Translations under genes and position numbers: made by a program
NCBI GenBank assembly: GCA_963727255.1
Contig: CAVSFC010000002.1
Span: 448,001-512,000, forward strand
Length of the DNA: 64,000 bases
Reading direction: 5' to 3'
Source of the DNA: an uncultured bacterium
Lineage (GTDB): Bacteria; Babelota; Babeliae; Babelales; Vermiphilaceae
Shown here: piece after piece, positions 21,225-31,949 of the stretch
Position numbering within the stretch: position 1 is the first letter of the stretch
Layout of the letters: each line of letters starts with the position of its first letter
The notes under the pieces: generated by a model
Told to the model about the DNA's origin: nothing
The model's input: the letters and a program-made list of their open reading frames with translations, nothing else
Database searches by the model: none

Positions 21225-23024
21225 ATGAATAATGCAGATCGTTCACATATTCGCAATATTGCTATTATAGCCCACGTTGACCATGGTAAAACTACCCTGG
21301 TGGACCAATTGCTTAAGCAATCAGGAACCATTAAAGCTGAGTCAGCTGAGCGTGTAATGGATTCAAATGATCTTGAGCGTGAACGTGGTATTACCATTTT
21401 GGCTAAAAATACCGGTGTGGTATATAAAGATTATGCAATTAATATTGTTGATACTCCCGGCCATAGTGATTTTGGCGGTGAAGTTGAACGTACTCTGCAG
21501 ATGGTTGAAGGATTTTTATTATTAGTTGATGCTGCTGAAGGGGTTTTGCCCGGTACGCGATTTGTGTTGCAAAAAGCTCTCCAATTAGATTTAAAGCCGA
21601 TTGTTTTAATCAATAAAATTGATCGTAAAGATGCGGATATTGAAAAAACTGAAACTGCAATTCAAGATTTATTCTTGGATTTAGCAGCAAATGAAAATCA
21701 GTTTGTCTTCCCCCATTTATATGGGTCAGGAAGATCAGGATATGTTTCTACTGATCAAAATGCGCGTTCAGGCGACATGACGCCTCTTTTTGAAGCGATT
21801 ATTAAGCATGTTCCTGCACCACAAGCAAAAGCTGATAATTTACAATTTTTAGTCACCAATCTTGATCACTCAGATTTTTTAGGGCCGATTGCGATTGGCC
21901 GAATCTTTAGTGGTTCCATGAAAGTTGGCCAGCAAGTAATTTGCTGCAAAGATGATAAGGTGAGCGCTCCAATCCGTATTACCAAAATTTATAGATTCGT
22001 TGGCCTTAATCGAGTTGAAACAACCGATGTGGGCGTTGGTGATATTGTTGCCGTTACCGGTTTTGATGAGCCAGTTTCCATTGGAACCACCATCTGTGAT
22101 GTTGGTGATCCATTGCCGCATCCGTATGTTAAGGTTGATGAGCCAACCGTTTCGATTTATTTCTCAGTGAATGATTCTCCCTTTAGCGGAAGAGATGGCA
22201 CGTTCTTAACATCGCGCCATTTAAAGGATCGTTTAGAAAAAGAATTACGCACTAATGTTGCATTGCGCGTTGAGCCGACCAATACTCCCGAATCATTCAA
22301 AGTATCAGGCCGGGGCCAATTGCATTTAGGCGTACTCGTTGAAAATATGCGCCGTGAAGGATTTGAATTACAACTTTCTGCACCGGAAGTTATTTATAAA
22401 ACAATCAATGGTGTAAAAAATGAACCGATTGAGTATGTGCTTCTTGATATTCCGCAAGAAAATCAAGGTGTGGTTATGGAAAACATGGGTCGCAGAAAAG
22501 CGCAGATGATCGGCATGCATCTGTATGATGATGGCCGTATGCGTCTTGAATATCATGTCCCATCGCGTGCATTGCTTGGATTTAGAAGCCAATTCTTAAC
22601 TGATACACGCGGTAATGGAATCGTGAACTTTAGTTTCCATGGCTATGAACCGTATAAAGGTGATATACAAACTCGTAATAAAGGTGCGATTGTTTCTATG
22701 GAAAAAGGTGTGGCTACAGGTTTTGCGTTGAATAACTTGCAAGAACGTGGCACGCTCTTTATTAAACCCGGCGATGAGATTTATGAAGGTATGATCATTG
22801 GTGAATCAAGCCGTGATGATGATATGGATGTGAATCCATCAAAAGAAAAGAAACTTACCAATATGCGCGCTTCAGGTTCTGATGATGCGATTAAGCTTGC
22901 GCCAAACAAGATAATGGATCTTGAAATGTGCATGGAATGGATTCGCCCGGATGAGCTTATTGAGGTAACTCCGCAGCATATTCGTTTGCGCAAGAAAATT
23001 TTACGAGCTGCATTGAGAAAATAA
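21225..23024 (+). CDS. typA: Translational GTPase TypA/BipA
   Basis: IAHVDHGKTTLVD, DTPGHSDFGGEVER, GRGQLHL..L.ENMRREG, KKLTNMRASG. Confidence 0.97.
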   Translation: MNNADRSHIRNIAIIAHVDHGKTTLVDQLLKQSGTIKAESAERVMDSNDLERERGITILAKNTGVVYKDYAINIVDTPGHSDFGGEVERTLQMVEGFLLLVDAAEGVLPGTRFVLQKALQLDLKPIVLINKIDRKDADIEKTETAIQDLFLDLAANENQFVFPHLYGSGRSGYVSTDQNARSGDMTPLFEAIIKHVPAPQAKADNLQFLVTNLDHSDFLGPIAIGRIFSGSMKVGQQVICCKDDKVSAPIRITKIYRFVGLNRVETTDVGVGDIVAVTGFDEPVSIGTTICDVGDPLPHPYVKVDEPTVSIYFSVNDSPFSGRDGTFLTSRHLKDRLEKELRTNVALRVEPTNTPESFKVSGRGQLHLGVLVENMRREGFELQLSAPEVIYKTINGVKNEPIEYVLLDIPQENQGVVMENMGRRKAQMIGMHLYDDGRMRLEYHVPSRALLGFRSQFLTDTRGNGIVNFSFHGYEPYKGDIQTRNKGAIVSMEKGVATGFALNNLQERGTLFIKPGDEIYEGMIIGESSRDDDMDVNPSKEKKLTNMRASGSDDAIKLAPNKIMDLEMCMEWIRPDELIEVTPQHIRLRKKILRAALRK

Positions 23025-23057
23025 GCATTGCCAAATTCGGTATTCTCAAAAATTGGT

Positions 23058-23094
23058 AAACCCATTATTCTTAGATAGTGGGTTTATTTTTTTA
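23058..23094 (+). terminator. Intrinsic terminator
   Basis: AAACCCATTAT/ATAGTGGGTTT hairpin followed by T tract. Confidence 0.65.
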
Positions 23095-23108
23095 TATACA
23101 GGATAATT

Positions 23109-23408
23109 ATGCGATTACTAAAACGATCAGTAACAAGTATTTGTTTGGCATTATTGTTTTCAGGATCGATACAGCTGAATGCTGGATATCCTCTTCATCA
23201 CATTGATAAAGAATTTGCTAAAAATGCTTCAAAAATAGAACTTGTGAATGCGTATATCATTAAATGTGATGAAAATTATCATCTTGCAGAGGCGCTTGAA
23301 AATGCCCGTGAATGCAAAACTAACTGGAAAGATATAAAAAAAGGTTTGGGTGTTGGGTTAGTTATAGGGTTAAGCGTATCAGCAATTTGTTACATTATCA
23401 CTCGATAA
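23109..23408 (+). CDS. Exported hypothetical protein with C-terminal TM
   Basis: 99 aa ORF, signal peptide. Confidence 0.55.
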   Translation: MRLLKRSVTSICLALLFSGSIQLNAGYPLHHIDKEFAKNASKIELVNAYIIKCDENYHLAEALENARECKTNWKDIKKGLGVGLVIGLSVSAICYIITR

Positions 23409-23440
23409 AAAATAATAACATTTCTAGAAAGGATATTACT

Positions 23441-23758
23441 ATGAAACATTCAGTTTTAACACTTGGCATGGTTTTTTGTGTATCAGGGGCATTTGCTCAT
23501 AATCATCACCATCTTTGCCGTGAAGAGTTGCTCAAAGTAATTGAAGCCCAAGAAAGTGTGCTTGAACAAAAGGCTAAGGCTCTAGAAGAAAAAAATAAGA
23601 GAATTGAAACGCAAAATAAGGTGATTGAGCTTCAAAAACAAAGCATAGTATGCCTTGAGGCTGAGTTTGAACATATTAAGCACAAATTAGATAAAGAGCA
23701 TCGCCATCATTCATTAAAAAAAGCGATTCACGATTTATTAATATCTTTAGGATTATAA
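23441..23758 (+). CDS. Exported His-rich coiled-coil protein
   Basis: MKHSVLTLGMVFCVSGAFAHNHHH; AAGGA RBS. Confidence 0.6.
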   Translation: MKHSVLTLGMVFCVSGAFAHNHHHLCREELLKVIEAQESVLEQKAKALEEKNKRIETQNKVIELQKQSIVCLEAEFEHIKHKLDKEHRHHSLKKAIHDLLISLGL

Positions 23759-23766
23759 TACATATT

Positions 23767-24000
23767 ATGAAGCGAGCCATTTTCTTAACAATCATTGTGA
23801 TGAGTTTTAGTAATGTATTTGCGATGGCTGAAAAGAAACAAGAGCCATCGGTGCAAGAGTTAAAGCAAATAATTGAAAATCAACAGCGAACTATAGCCGA
23901 AAAAGACAAGCAGATTGAAGCTTTGCATGCGGAATTATGGCAATCGCAGGCTGGTGAAATTGAAAGATTTGTCCTTTATTCTCGCTCTGGAGGAGAATGA
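23767..24000 (+). CDS. Small exported coiled-coil protein
   Basis: Signal ...NVFAMAE. Confidence 0.55.
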   Translation: MKRAIFLTIIVMSFSNVFAMAEKKQEPSVQELKQIIENQQRTIAEKDKQIEALHAELWQSQAGEIERFVLYSRSGGE

Positions 24001-24740
24001 AAAAATACAAAATAATAGTCGCCTATGATGGCACAGATTTTTATGGGTGGCAGGTGCAAGCCGGCCATCCAACCATCGCAGGGGTTTTGCAGGATAGATT
24101 TAAAGATGTCTTTGGCAAAGAAATAGTAATTGCAGGCGCTTCGCGCACCGATGCTGGAGTGCATGCGCTGGGGCAGACTGCCGCATTTACCGTTGATCTC
24201 AATATTACTGCCCAAGATTTGCTGCATGCATGGCAAAATATACTGCCTGAATCAATTGTATTGCGCAGTATTGATGAAGTTCCCCTTGATTGGAATCCCC
24301 GGCATAACGTAAAACAAAAAACATACTATTATCATTTTTTTCAAGAGCGGCCACTGCCAATGGGTTCCCGCTACGGGTATTATTACCGCTATCCGGTAAA
24401 TCTAGAAAAATTAAAACAATCACTTTCAGTCTTCGTCGGGACTCATGATTTTAGATCATTTTGTACCGGCGATGAATATGAAAATACCGTTCGCACGATA
24501 GATGAGGTTGGAGTTGAATATTTGCCCCACTTCAAAACGTATCGGATTATTATTAAGGGGCCAGGTTTTTTGCGCTATATGATACGCAGAATTGTTGGCG
24601 CTTGCTTAGAAATTGCCTCGCGTGATAGCCTTACGCTGAACGATTTGCAAAAAGCATTAGAGGAAAAAAATCCCTTACAATTATTGCCGACAGCGCCCGC
24701 CAAGGGATTGATGCTTTGGAATATTGAATACCAAGAATAA
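23997..24740 (+). CDS. truA: tRNA pseudouridine(38-40) synthase
   Basis: YDGTDFYGWQ, ASRTDAGVHALGQ, GTHDFRSF, FLRYMIRRIVG, APAKGL. Confidence 0.96.
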   Translation: MKKYKIIVAYDGTDFYGWQVQAGHPTIAGVLQDRFKDVFGKEIVIAGASRTDAGVHALGQTAAFTVDLNITAQDLLHAWQNILPESIVLRSIDEVPLDWNPRHNVKQKTYYYHFFQERPLPMGSRYGYYYRYPVNLEKLKQSLSVFVGTHDFRSFCTGDEYENTVRTIDEVGVEYLPHFKTYRIIIKGPGFLRYMIRRIVGACLEIASRDSLTLNDLQKALEEKNPLQLLPTAPAKGLMLWNIEYQE

Positions 24741-24756
24741 GATCAAAAGGAAAACG

Positions 24757-25413
24757 ATGAAAAGATTAGGTTTGATTTTATCATTGTTAGCTTCTACTTG
24801 CATGTATCCGATGGATAAGTATTCAGATCGGCAATGTAATTCCATCATTTTAGATTATGATGATACTCGTCATAAAGATGATTTAAAAAAACTTATTGAA
24901 GAAAATAAATCGCTTTTATTTGCCCGGCCAGATTATTGCATAGATACGATGCTCAAATTGAAAACAGTTACTCCGCATATTGAAGAAAGCCGTGGAAAAT
25001 TGAAAATCAAAGTAATATATGAAGATTGCGTTGATAACCGTAGTAAATGTGATCTAGAAGCGTTTATCGCATACTCATTTGCCGATCAAAGCATCGTTGA
25101 TGGGCATTTATTGGCAGTTAAACAAGCGTGCAGAAGAAAAGGGTATGCCAAACGTCTTATTTGGGCAGCTATTGATGACGGATTATTGCATAATGCAAGC
25201 AGATGGCGCGCATCAACGCGAAAAATGAACACCGGAGCTCCTGAATTATATGCTTGGATTGGAGCATGGTATAAGAAAAATTATCCAAGCATGATTTTTA
25301 AAAGCGAGGAAACGAAAGTTCCTCTGAGCCATGATCCTCTAGCAACTATTGATATTATCCGCTATGAACTTATACTTCCAACGCAAGAAAACAAACAAGA
25401 GGATCCTAAATGA
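24757..25413 (+). CDS. Exported GNAT-like protein
   Basis: LAVKQACRRKGYAKRL; similar to downstream gene. Confidence 0.65.
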   Translation: MKRLGLILSLLASTCMYPMDKYSDRQCNSIILDYDDTRHKDDLKKLIEENKSLLFARPDYCIDTMLKLKTVTPHIEESRGKLKIKVIYEDCVDNRSKCDLEAFIAYSFADQSIVDGHLLAVKQACRRKGYAKRLIWAAIDDGLLHNASRWRASTRKMNTGAPELYAWIGAWYKKNYPSMIFKSEETKVPLSHDPLATIDIIRYELILPTQENKQEDPK

Positions 25414-25970
25414 CCAAAAAATTGATAAAAATAGCTGCAATCCTAATTGCGCTTTCTTTTGCAGCAACAGCACTCTATTATTATTTTCCGCAACCGCAAG
25501 AATCGCCGCAAACTGAGCTCATTCAAGATTTTAATGAGGCGCGTGATACTCAAGATATTTTGGATATTTTCAAAGAAGATCGCTATTGGCTTCTTTCAAG
25601 CCCAAATTATTCGCCTGAGCATATGCTTTCAACCAGATCCCCTAATAAAGATGATGCGCGTTACTTTGGCAAGTTACATATAAAAGTTGTGCGTGAAGCA
25701 GATAAATTTGTGGGCTTTGTTGCCTATTATATGAAAAACTTTTTTATTGGCACGGTGCTTTTCTTGGATGTGAAGCCTGAATTTCGCGGCAAAGGCTATG
25801 CGCAAAAACTTATGCGCTATGCCATTGATGAACTCAAAAAACAGGGCGCAAGTATTATCACCTTAGTAACCCGATCTGAAAATTATTCTGCGCAAGCCGT
25901 TTATAAGAAAACGGGTTTTGTTAAAACACTTGAAGAAGATGGTTTTGTCTATTTTGATCTGAGAGTATAG
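25410..25970 (+). CDS. GNAT acetyltransferase with N-terminal anchor
   Basis: LDVKPEFRGKGYAQKL, N..AQAVYKKTGF. Confidence 0.85.
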   Translation: MTKKLIKIAAILIALSFAATALYYYFPQPQESPQTELIQDFNEARDTQDILDIFKEDRYWLLSSPNYSPEHMLSTRSPNKDDARYFGKLHIKVVREADKFVGFVAYYMKNFFIGTVLFLDVKPEFRGKGYAQKLMRYAIDELKKQGASIITLVTRSENYSAQAVYKKTGFVKTLEEDGFVYFDLRV

Positions 25971-25995
25971 GTCTCTTTAAAATCAAGGAGTTCTG

Positions 25996-26559
25996 ATGAA
26001 ATTGGTATGGTGTTTGTTGTTAATGGGCGCATCACTTTCTGCAATGCAATGGTCTAAAGATAAACAGCAAACAGCTGAAAAAATAAATACGTATGATGCA
26101 GTATCGCCGGCAATTAAGGCACTAATACAAAAAGTGAACACCCGTCTTGATATTGCAGAAGGTAAAGGAGAAGTGAGTCAGATAAATTCGTATGGTGAGG
26201 CTTGTGAACGCATCAAATTTCATGGACCGTTTAACCAAAAAGGCTGCGCAACAAAATCTGGATTATTGCTTCTTATTGCTAAAAAAGAAAAGCCATGCCC
26301 ATTTTTTACGCTGCTAACGCCCAAGGGCATGGTCCATCTTGGAGGCTATGAAGGGAATGAAGGAGAAATGAACAAAACCAATTATGAGAATCTTATTGCC
26401 GACATCCTTAAAGATCTCGAAGTAGTGCCAAATAACGCGGTAAAAGACAAATCACTCGTATGGAAAGATCAAGAGGTATACACGGTGAATGCAGTCGCTG
26501 GAATTAAAGTTCCTGCATTAGATTTCGATAAAGTCACAGAAAATGCATTCCATGAATGA
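25996..26559 (+). CDS. Exported hypothetical protein
   Basis: Signal ...SLSAMQW; AGGAG RBS. Confidence 0.6.
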   Translation: MKLVWCLLLMGASLSAMQWSKDKQQTAEKINTYDAVSPAIKALIQKVNTRLDIAEGKGEVSQINSYGEACERIKFHGPFNQKGCATKSGLLLLIAKKEKPCPFFTLLTPKGMVHLGGYEGNEGEMNKTNYENLIADILKDLEVVPNNAVKDKSLVWKDQEVYTVNAVAGIKVPALDFDKVTENAFHE

Positions 26560-28212
26560 TCATGGATTTTGCCGTTCATAAAAGAATACAACTGGAGTAA
26601 ATGGGCCAGTATTTCCTTCCCGTGCGATTTTTTGAATCTCTGCAGCACTCACTTCGGTTATAGTACTATCATCACATCTAAACCATTTATCATTGGTGCG
26701 GACGTAGGCAATATAGTGGCCGCCATCAAGGGCACCAGACTGAGCGATAAATGCTTTGCATCGATAGGGTGGCAAAGCTTTATCACTGGTTAACTCTGAG
26801 ATATTAAAATCATTTAATAGAAATGAGATTGGTTGTTCAATTTTATATGTTCCTTTTTTCGGATCTTGCCCAGTTCGATTAAGCGCTACAATAAAATAGG
26901 TGCTTGCATCAACCAAGGCAGTGTGTTTTGTTTGGTTCGGGTTTGCTGGATTTTGCTCATAAGTAAAATAGTTGTGTAGACAATTGAGGAGCGTTTTATC
27001 ATTGCTCTCAATTCTCATTGCAGGAAGAATGATATCATTACTTTCTTTTGTGCTCAATACTTTGTGATCGGCATCATAAATTGATTCGGAAACTTTTGTT
27101 TGTAATAATGCAATAAGCTCTTCGTTCTTTCCCTTTGGATTTCGTGTTTTATCAACATCGCCTTCTGATAACCGTGCTAACAGCACTCCAAGAAATTCAT
27201 GGGCATCTTGCTGAGTTTTTGCGGGCACTCTAAGTTGCTCCCATCCCTTTAAGCAGAATGCCGTGGGAGTAATTACTGAAGTTTTCTCAGTTTGCATAGC
27301 CTGAAGAAGCTGAATATAATTGGCCGAAAGGCTACCAGCCTTGTAAAAACCATTATTAGCACCCTTAAGGAGCACTGCATTTAATTTATCGAGTGATGCT
27401 AACGATTGAATAGCGGAATTCATAAAACATGATGCTCCGATATTGCTCAGGCCATGTGGTTTTCCCGCAACATGCGGTTGGGATCCCTGAATTTCTGATT
27501 TAAGCATAGTAATAAAATCATCAAAGTAGATTGAAAGAAGGTCTGCTCCTTTAATATCCCCAAAATCCTCAGGTTTATACATCATATCTTTTAAAGCACT
27601 GTTTTTAATTTTTTCTAATCCTTGTAAAGCTTCATTGAGTTTTGATTGGTTAAGCAAGTTTTGTATGATATCCAATGTCTGTCTTAGTTTCGGAATGCCT
27701 TCGCCTGCTTTTGGGAAATTTTCCAGAATTTCTGCAAATTGTGCACTTAATTTTTTTGCGGCAGGTTTTTCTTCTGGCTTAGAAGGCGGCGTAGGAGGAG
27801 CCGGCTTTTTTTGAGGGGTTCCGTTAATTTTTTCTTCAAGCTTGTGCATAAAATCGGTAAAGTAAAATTCAGGAATCTGCTGGCCCTTTATATCACCGAA
27901 TTCGCTCGGAAATTTTACATCTTTGAGGCTACCCGTTGTGAATGCATTTAAATGGTTCATTGCCCCCTGATAATTTGATTGGGAAAGAAGGGTTCGAATA
28001 ACAGTAACTCTGGCGTTTAATTGATTTAATTGATTAATGGTAGTAGCAGATTTTGGCAATCGAGCAGCAATTGCATTAAATTCTTGGATTAATTCCGGAT
28101 CTTGAGCTTTTTGAGCCAAACTGCTGGGAGGAATCATGGCTATGACCATGGTTGCTATGAATATACCGGAAACTATCAAGCAAAGACGAGATACCAGTGA
28201 TCTTATTTTCAT
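26560..28212 (-). CDS. Exported USP-family (peptidase C19) deubiquitinase-like protein
   Basis: Cys box GLSNIGASCFMNSAIQSL, QQDAHEFL, His box GGHYIAYV, WFRCDDS. Confidence 0.9.
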   Translation of the reverse strand: MKIRSLVSRLCLIVSGIFIATMVIAMIPPSSLAQKAQDPELIQEFNAIAARLPKSATTINQLNQLNARVTVIRTLLSQSNYQGAMNHLNAFTTGSLKDVKFPSEFGDIKGQQIPEFYFTDFMHKLEEKINGTPQKKPAPPTPPSKPEEKPAAKKLSAQFAEILENFPKAGEGIPKLRQTLDIIQNLLNQSKLNEALQGLEKIKNSALKDMMYKPEDFGDIKGADLLSIYFDDFITMLKSEIQGSQPHVAGKPHGLSNIGASCFMNSAIQSLASLDKLNAVLLKGANNGFYKAGSLSANYIQLLQAMQTEKTSVITPTAFCLKGWEQLRVPAKTQQDAHEFLGVLLARLSEGDVDKTRNPKGKNEELIALLQTKVSESIYDADHKVLSTKESNDIILPAMRIESNDKTLLNCLHNYFTYEQNPANPNQTKHTALVDASTYFIVALNRTGQDPKKGTYKIEQPISFLLNDFNISELTSDKALPPYRCKAFIAQSGALDGGHYIAYVRTNDKWFRCDDSTITEVSAAEIQKIAREGNTGPFTPVVFFYERQNP

Positions 28213-28295
28213 TGAAGATCCCCCTTTATTATTTAAATACTAAAATAATTATGTCAGAAATATAAGGCCTTTTAAGTTTAAAAAACAATAGTTTG

Positions 28296-29783
28296 TCATA
28301 TTTGTTTTAAAATGAACGGAGCGACGTCCGCAAGTCCATGTAGCCGCAAATCAATTTTTTTGTCTCTCAAATCATTTTTGATGCAAATAAAAGGAACTTT
28401 ATTGGTAGTATGAGCGGTATTGGGTTGCCCTGTCTTTTCATCGAATTTTAATTCAGCGTTGCCATGATCTGCGGTTATGATAAGTGTGCCATTCATTTTT
28501 TTTACAATTTGTTCATAAAGCTGTGCAATTTGATGATCAAGACATTCAACGGCTTTTATTGTTGCTTGTAGATTTCCCGTATGGCCTACCATATCAGCAT
28601 TCGCATAATTGATTAGATAAAAATCGCAGGGATTAGTTTGCAACGAGTTAAGTACTGCATCAGTAATTTTTTGTGCTGACATTGCAGGATGATCCGCAAA
28701 ATTTTTTAAGGGTAATGAAGGAATTAGTATTTGCGTTTCTCCAGGAAATGGGTTTTCATGACCCCCGCCAAAAAAGTAGGTAACATGCGCGTATTTTTCA
28801 GTTTCAGCAACCGAAAATATTGTTTTACCTTCTTTGCTCAAAATTTCTTTGAGCGTATCTGGTATCGGTTGAGTTTTAAGTAAAACCGGATTTTTAAAGC
28901 GAGAATCATAACGAACGGCACTGATAAAGAATAGTAAGGGGAAAGGTTCTTTTATGGCAAGAGGAGTTAATTGAGGTGCCACAAAACATGCCGTTAATTC
29001 ACGTGCTCTATCTTCCCTAAAATTTGCAAATAGTACTCCATCGTTTGGTTGTATTCGGGTATTTGCTCGCAAGATTGTGGGTGGAATATATTCATCGGTG
29101 ATACCGTTGCCATAGTAATAAGAAAGTGCTTCTTGCCAGGATGAAAATTCTGGCATACTGTCGGTTACAAGATTTTCATAAGCTTTTTGAGTGCGATCCC
29201 AATGATTATCACGATCGGTTGCATAATACCTGCCCGTAATAGATCCCAAGGTAACATTTTGAAATTGTTTATAATACCGTTCAAGGTCTTGCAAATAAGT
29301 TGCTGCAGTTTTGGGCGGCACATCGCGGCCATCTAAAAAGGCATGGATTATAATATTTTTTACCTTATGTTGCATGCCGGCCAAAATGAGCGCTTCAATG
29401 ATTTTTGTATGGCATTGAACCCCTGCATCGGAAAGAATGCCTAAAATATGTAACCGTTTTTGCGTTTGTGCAAGTTCATTAAGCGCGGCAACTAGGGTGG
29501 GATCGGTAAAGAATGAACCATCTTCGATTGAGGTATATAAGCGCAAAAAAGATGATGGTATAATCCGTCCAGCTCCCAGGGTTTGATGCCCTACCTCCGA
29601 ATTGCCGATATATCCATCAGGAAGTCCGGCGGCCTTCCCAGATGCTTGCAGCAAAGTATGTGGATAATGGGCCATAAGAAAATCGAGTGTTGGCTTTTTA
29701 GCCCGAGCAATTGCATTATAGGCTGTTTCTGGGCTATAGCCGTAGCCATCAAGAATTATAAGGGCTAAGGGATTTGGTTTCAT
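28296..29783 (-). CDS. gpmI: 2,3-BPG-independent phosphoglycerate mutase
   Basis: LIILDGYG, GNSEVGH, AETEKYAHVTYFF, ADMVGHTG, TADHGN, HT. Confidence 0.96.
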   Translation of the reverse strand: MKPNPLALIILDGYGYSPETAYNAIARAKKPTLDFLMAHYPHTLLQASGKAAGLPDGYIGNSEVGHQTLGAGRIIPSSFLRLYTSIEDGSFFTDPTLVAALNELAQTQKRLHILGILSDAGVQCHTKIIEALILAGMQHKVKNIIIHAFLDGRDVPPKTAATYLQDLERYYKQFQNVTLGSITGRYYATDRDNHWDRTQKAYENLVTDSMPEFSSWQEALSYYYGNGITDEYIPPTILRANTRIQPNDGVLFANFREDRARELTACFVAPQLTPLAIKEPFPLLFFISAVRYDSRFKNPVLLKTQPIPDTLKEILSKEGKTIFSVAETEKYAHVTYFFGGGHENPFPGETQILIPSLPLKNFADHPAMSAQKITDAVLNSLQTNPCDFYLINYANADMVGHTGNLQATIKAVECLDHQIAQLYEQIVKKMNGTLIITADHGNAELKFDEKTGQPNTAHTTNKVPFICIKNDLRDKKIDLRLHGLADVAPFILKQI

Positions 29784-29899
29784 TGCTGATCCTTCTGATT
29801 TGCCAATATGGGTGATACTTGCTAAGGTTAAAGGTATTCTAATTGTTACCTTACACAGAGCCACTTATTTACGATAGCATGTGTTTATTGAAGAGATGT

Positions 29900-30271
29900 A
29901 TGAAAATAGTTTGTTTAGTACTATCAGTTTTTTTATTGATAAATCCAGCCTACTCATATTGCCAAGAGTATGGGGCTACCCCACCGGTTTCATCAGTTGC
30001 GCAGGATTCACTTGCCCAGATTGAGCTTGATTTTGATAAGGTGCTTAATCTCGATGAGCTTGAGGAAGAGATGGTTAAGATGAATATTATCGATTCTATT
30101 AAACCAATACCACCACATCCAATTATCGTTTGGATTCGTATTATTGGATGCCCGGTGGCCAATGCATATTTTGCAGTAAGAAGAGTTGTGCGCCAGTCAA
30201 TTCATACAATTGCTACATTTCTTAGATTAAAATCCGATGCGAAAGCCTATGAAGAATCACCAGCTGAATGA
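29900..30271 (+). CDS. Exported hypothetical protein
   Basis: Signal-like MKIVCLVLSVFLLINPAYS. Confidence 0.5.
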   Translation: MKIVCLVLSVFLLINPAYSYCQEYGATPPVSSVAQDSLAQIELDFDKVLNLDELEEEMVKMNIIDSIKPIPPHPIIVWIRIIGCPVANAYFAVRRVVRQSIHTIATFLRLKSDAKAYEESPAE

Positions 30272-31013
30272 AAAGCATCTTTTTGCTCTCCATCATACTG
30301 ATTTGATCGAAGAAATTGGAAGCGCCTCAGTTGGCAAAGAAGTAATTATTGCTGATCCGGATCTTGCGCATAGAGTTGTTTCAATTTTACGCCTTTCGGT
30401 TGGCGAATCCTTTATTCTTTTCGATAGAAATATCCACGCGACTGTTAGCCTTTCTGGTTCAGTTAAGAATAAATTAGTTAAAGTAATACTTTCAGAAAAA
30501 AATAAAAACAGCAGAGCGCTGCCAGAAATTATTTTTCTTTTACCTTTGTTGAAAAAAGAAGCGTTAGAAACGGCGCTCTATAGCCTTACTGAGATGGGCA
30601 TCACTACTATTCAGCTGATCGATACGCAAAAAAGCCAGCAAAGGTGGGGACAAAAAGAATTTGAACGGGCTCAAAAGATTATTATTGCTGCAGCAGAGCA
30701 ATCAAAAAATTTTTGCTATCCACAATTGCATGCTCCGCAATCAATTTCATCATCGCTTGATAAGTTGCCGCGAGAATCCAAAAAACTATTTTTTGATCCG
30801 GCAGGTGTTCACATCGCTTTACCATTGGCGGAATTAAAAAATGCAAAGCTTCCTATCATTCTGGCTATTGGCCCAGAAGGTGATTTAACCGCACAAGAAA
30901 AAGAGTTGCTTAAGCAAACAGGATTTACTTTCAGTGCACTCACGCCAACCATTCTGCGTGCTTGCCAGGCCGCAGCCCTTGCAGCAGGCATTCTGAGATC
31001 CTATCTGCGATAA
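30249..31013 (+). CDS. rsmE: 16S rRNA m3U1498 methyltransferase
   Basis: TEMGI, AAAEQS, IGPEGDLT..E, ILRACQAA. Confidence 0.9.
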   Translation: MKNHQLNEKHLFALHHTDLIEEIGSASVGKEVIIADPDLAHRVVSILRLSVGESFILFDRNIHATVSLSGSVKNKLVKVILSEKNKNSRALPEIIFLLPLLKKEALETALYSLTEMGITTIQLIDTQKSQQRWGQKEFERAQKIIIAAAEQSKNFCYPQLHAPQSISSSLDKLPRESKKLFFDPAGVHIALPLAELKNAKLPIILAIGPEGDLTAQEKELLKQTGFTFSALTPTILRACQAAALAAGILRSYLR

Positions 31014-31082
31014 TTAAGCTTGCATTACCAGATACTTTTTTGATTATCCTCAAATTACATACTGGTAATTAAAGGGAGTTGT

Positions 31083-31949
31083 ATGAAGAAGCCAAAATAT
31101 CTCGATATAGTGCTATTATTGGGTTTTTTGTTATTACTGAGCGCGGGTGTTAGTCTACTGGCCAAAACAGAAAATTCGCATCTTGTGCCAACAGAATCAG
31201 ATAAAACTGTTTTGAACCAAATTTCGCCTTTGTTAATGGCTCGCAATGTCAAAAAAATAGCAGAGTTTATTTCACACCTGCAGCAGCCGCAGCAATTACG
31301 AATAATGAATCAGCTTCTTGATGATCAAAAAAATCCCTTAGAAGTGACCGATAAAATTAGATTATTATTAGAACTTGCGCGTAAAACTGGAAGCCAGGAT
31401 TATAGAATTGCGCTTTATAATGCCTTGATTGTGAATGAGCAGGTTGCCCAACAAAAACCGTTACTTTTTATCGCAGCCGAGGGCAATTATGAGGATCTTC
31501 TTGTAAGTATAGCAGATTGGCTCTCGCAGCATACGGACGTTTTTAGCGATTGGTTTTATAAAGGAGTTCTTGAGGCAATCAAAGAAAATAAGCCGGAAAT
31601 CGCCAACAAATTATTATCACGATTTCTCACAATTCCGCCTGAGCTGGCAACCAAATTGCTTTGGGAAGTGATTAAAGGGAAAAAGAGTGCCGAGTTTATT
31701 GCACCGCTGGTCAAAAAAGGAGCAAATGTAAATGATGCATTGCAAGGGCGCACTCCTTTAATTGCGGCGGTGGAATTAGATCAAGAACCTCTTGTTGCTG
31801 AATTGCTTAAAAATGGTGCCGAAAAAACAATAAACACCTTTGTGGATCCGGCCGTTGGCACCGCATTGCAAGTTGCTTTGCAAAATCAAAAAAAGACAAA
31901 AGATTCAAGAATTGAAGAATTATTGCGGAGCAAAGGCGCTCACGAATAA
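31083..31949 (+). CDS. Exported ankyrin-repeat protein
   Basis: GANVN..GRTPLIAAV..LLKNGA, TALQVA. Confidence 0.75.
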   Translation: MKKPKYLDIVLLLGFLLLLSAGVSLLAKTENSHLVPTESDKTVLNQISPLLMARNVKKIAEFISHLQQPQQLRIMNQLLDDQKNPLEVTDKIRLLLELARKTGSQDYRIALYNALIVNEQVAQQKPLLFIAAEGNYEDLLVSIADWLSQHTDVFSDWFYKGVLEAIKENKPEIANKLLSRFLTIPPELATKLLWEVIKGKKSAEFIAPLVKKGANVNDALQGRTPLIAAVELDQEPLVAELLKNGAEKTINTFVDPAVGTALQVALQNQKKTKDSRIEELLRSKGAHE

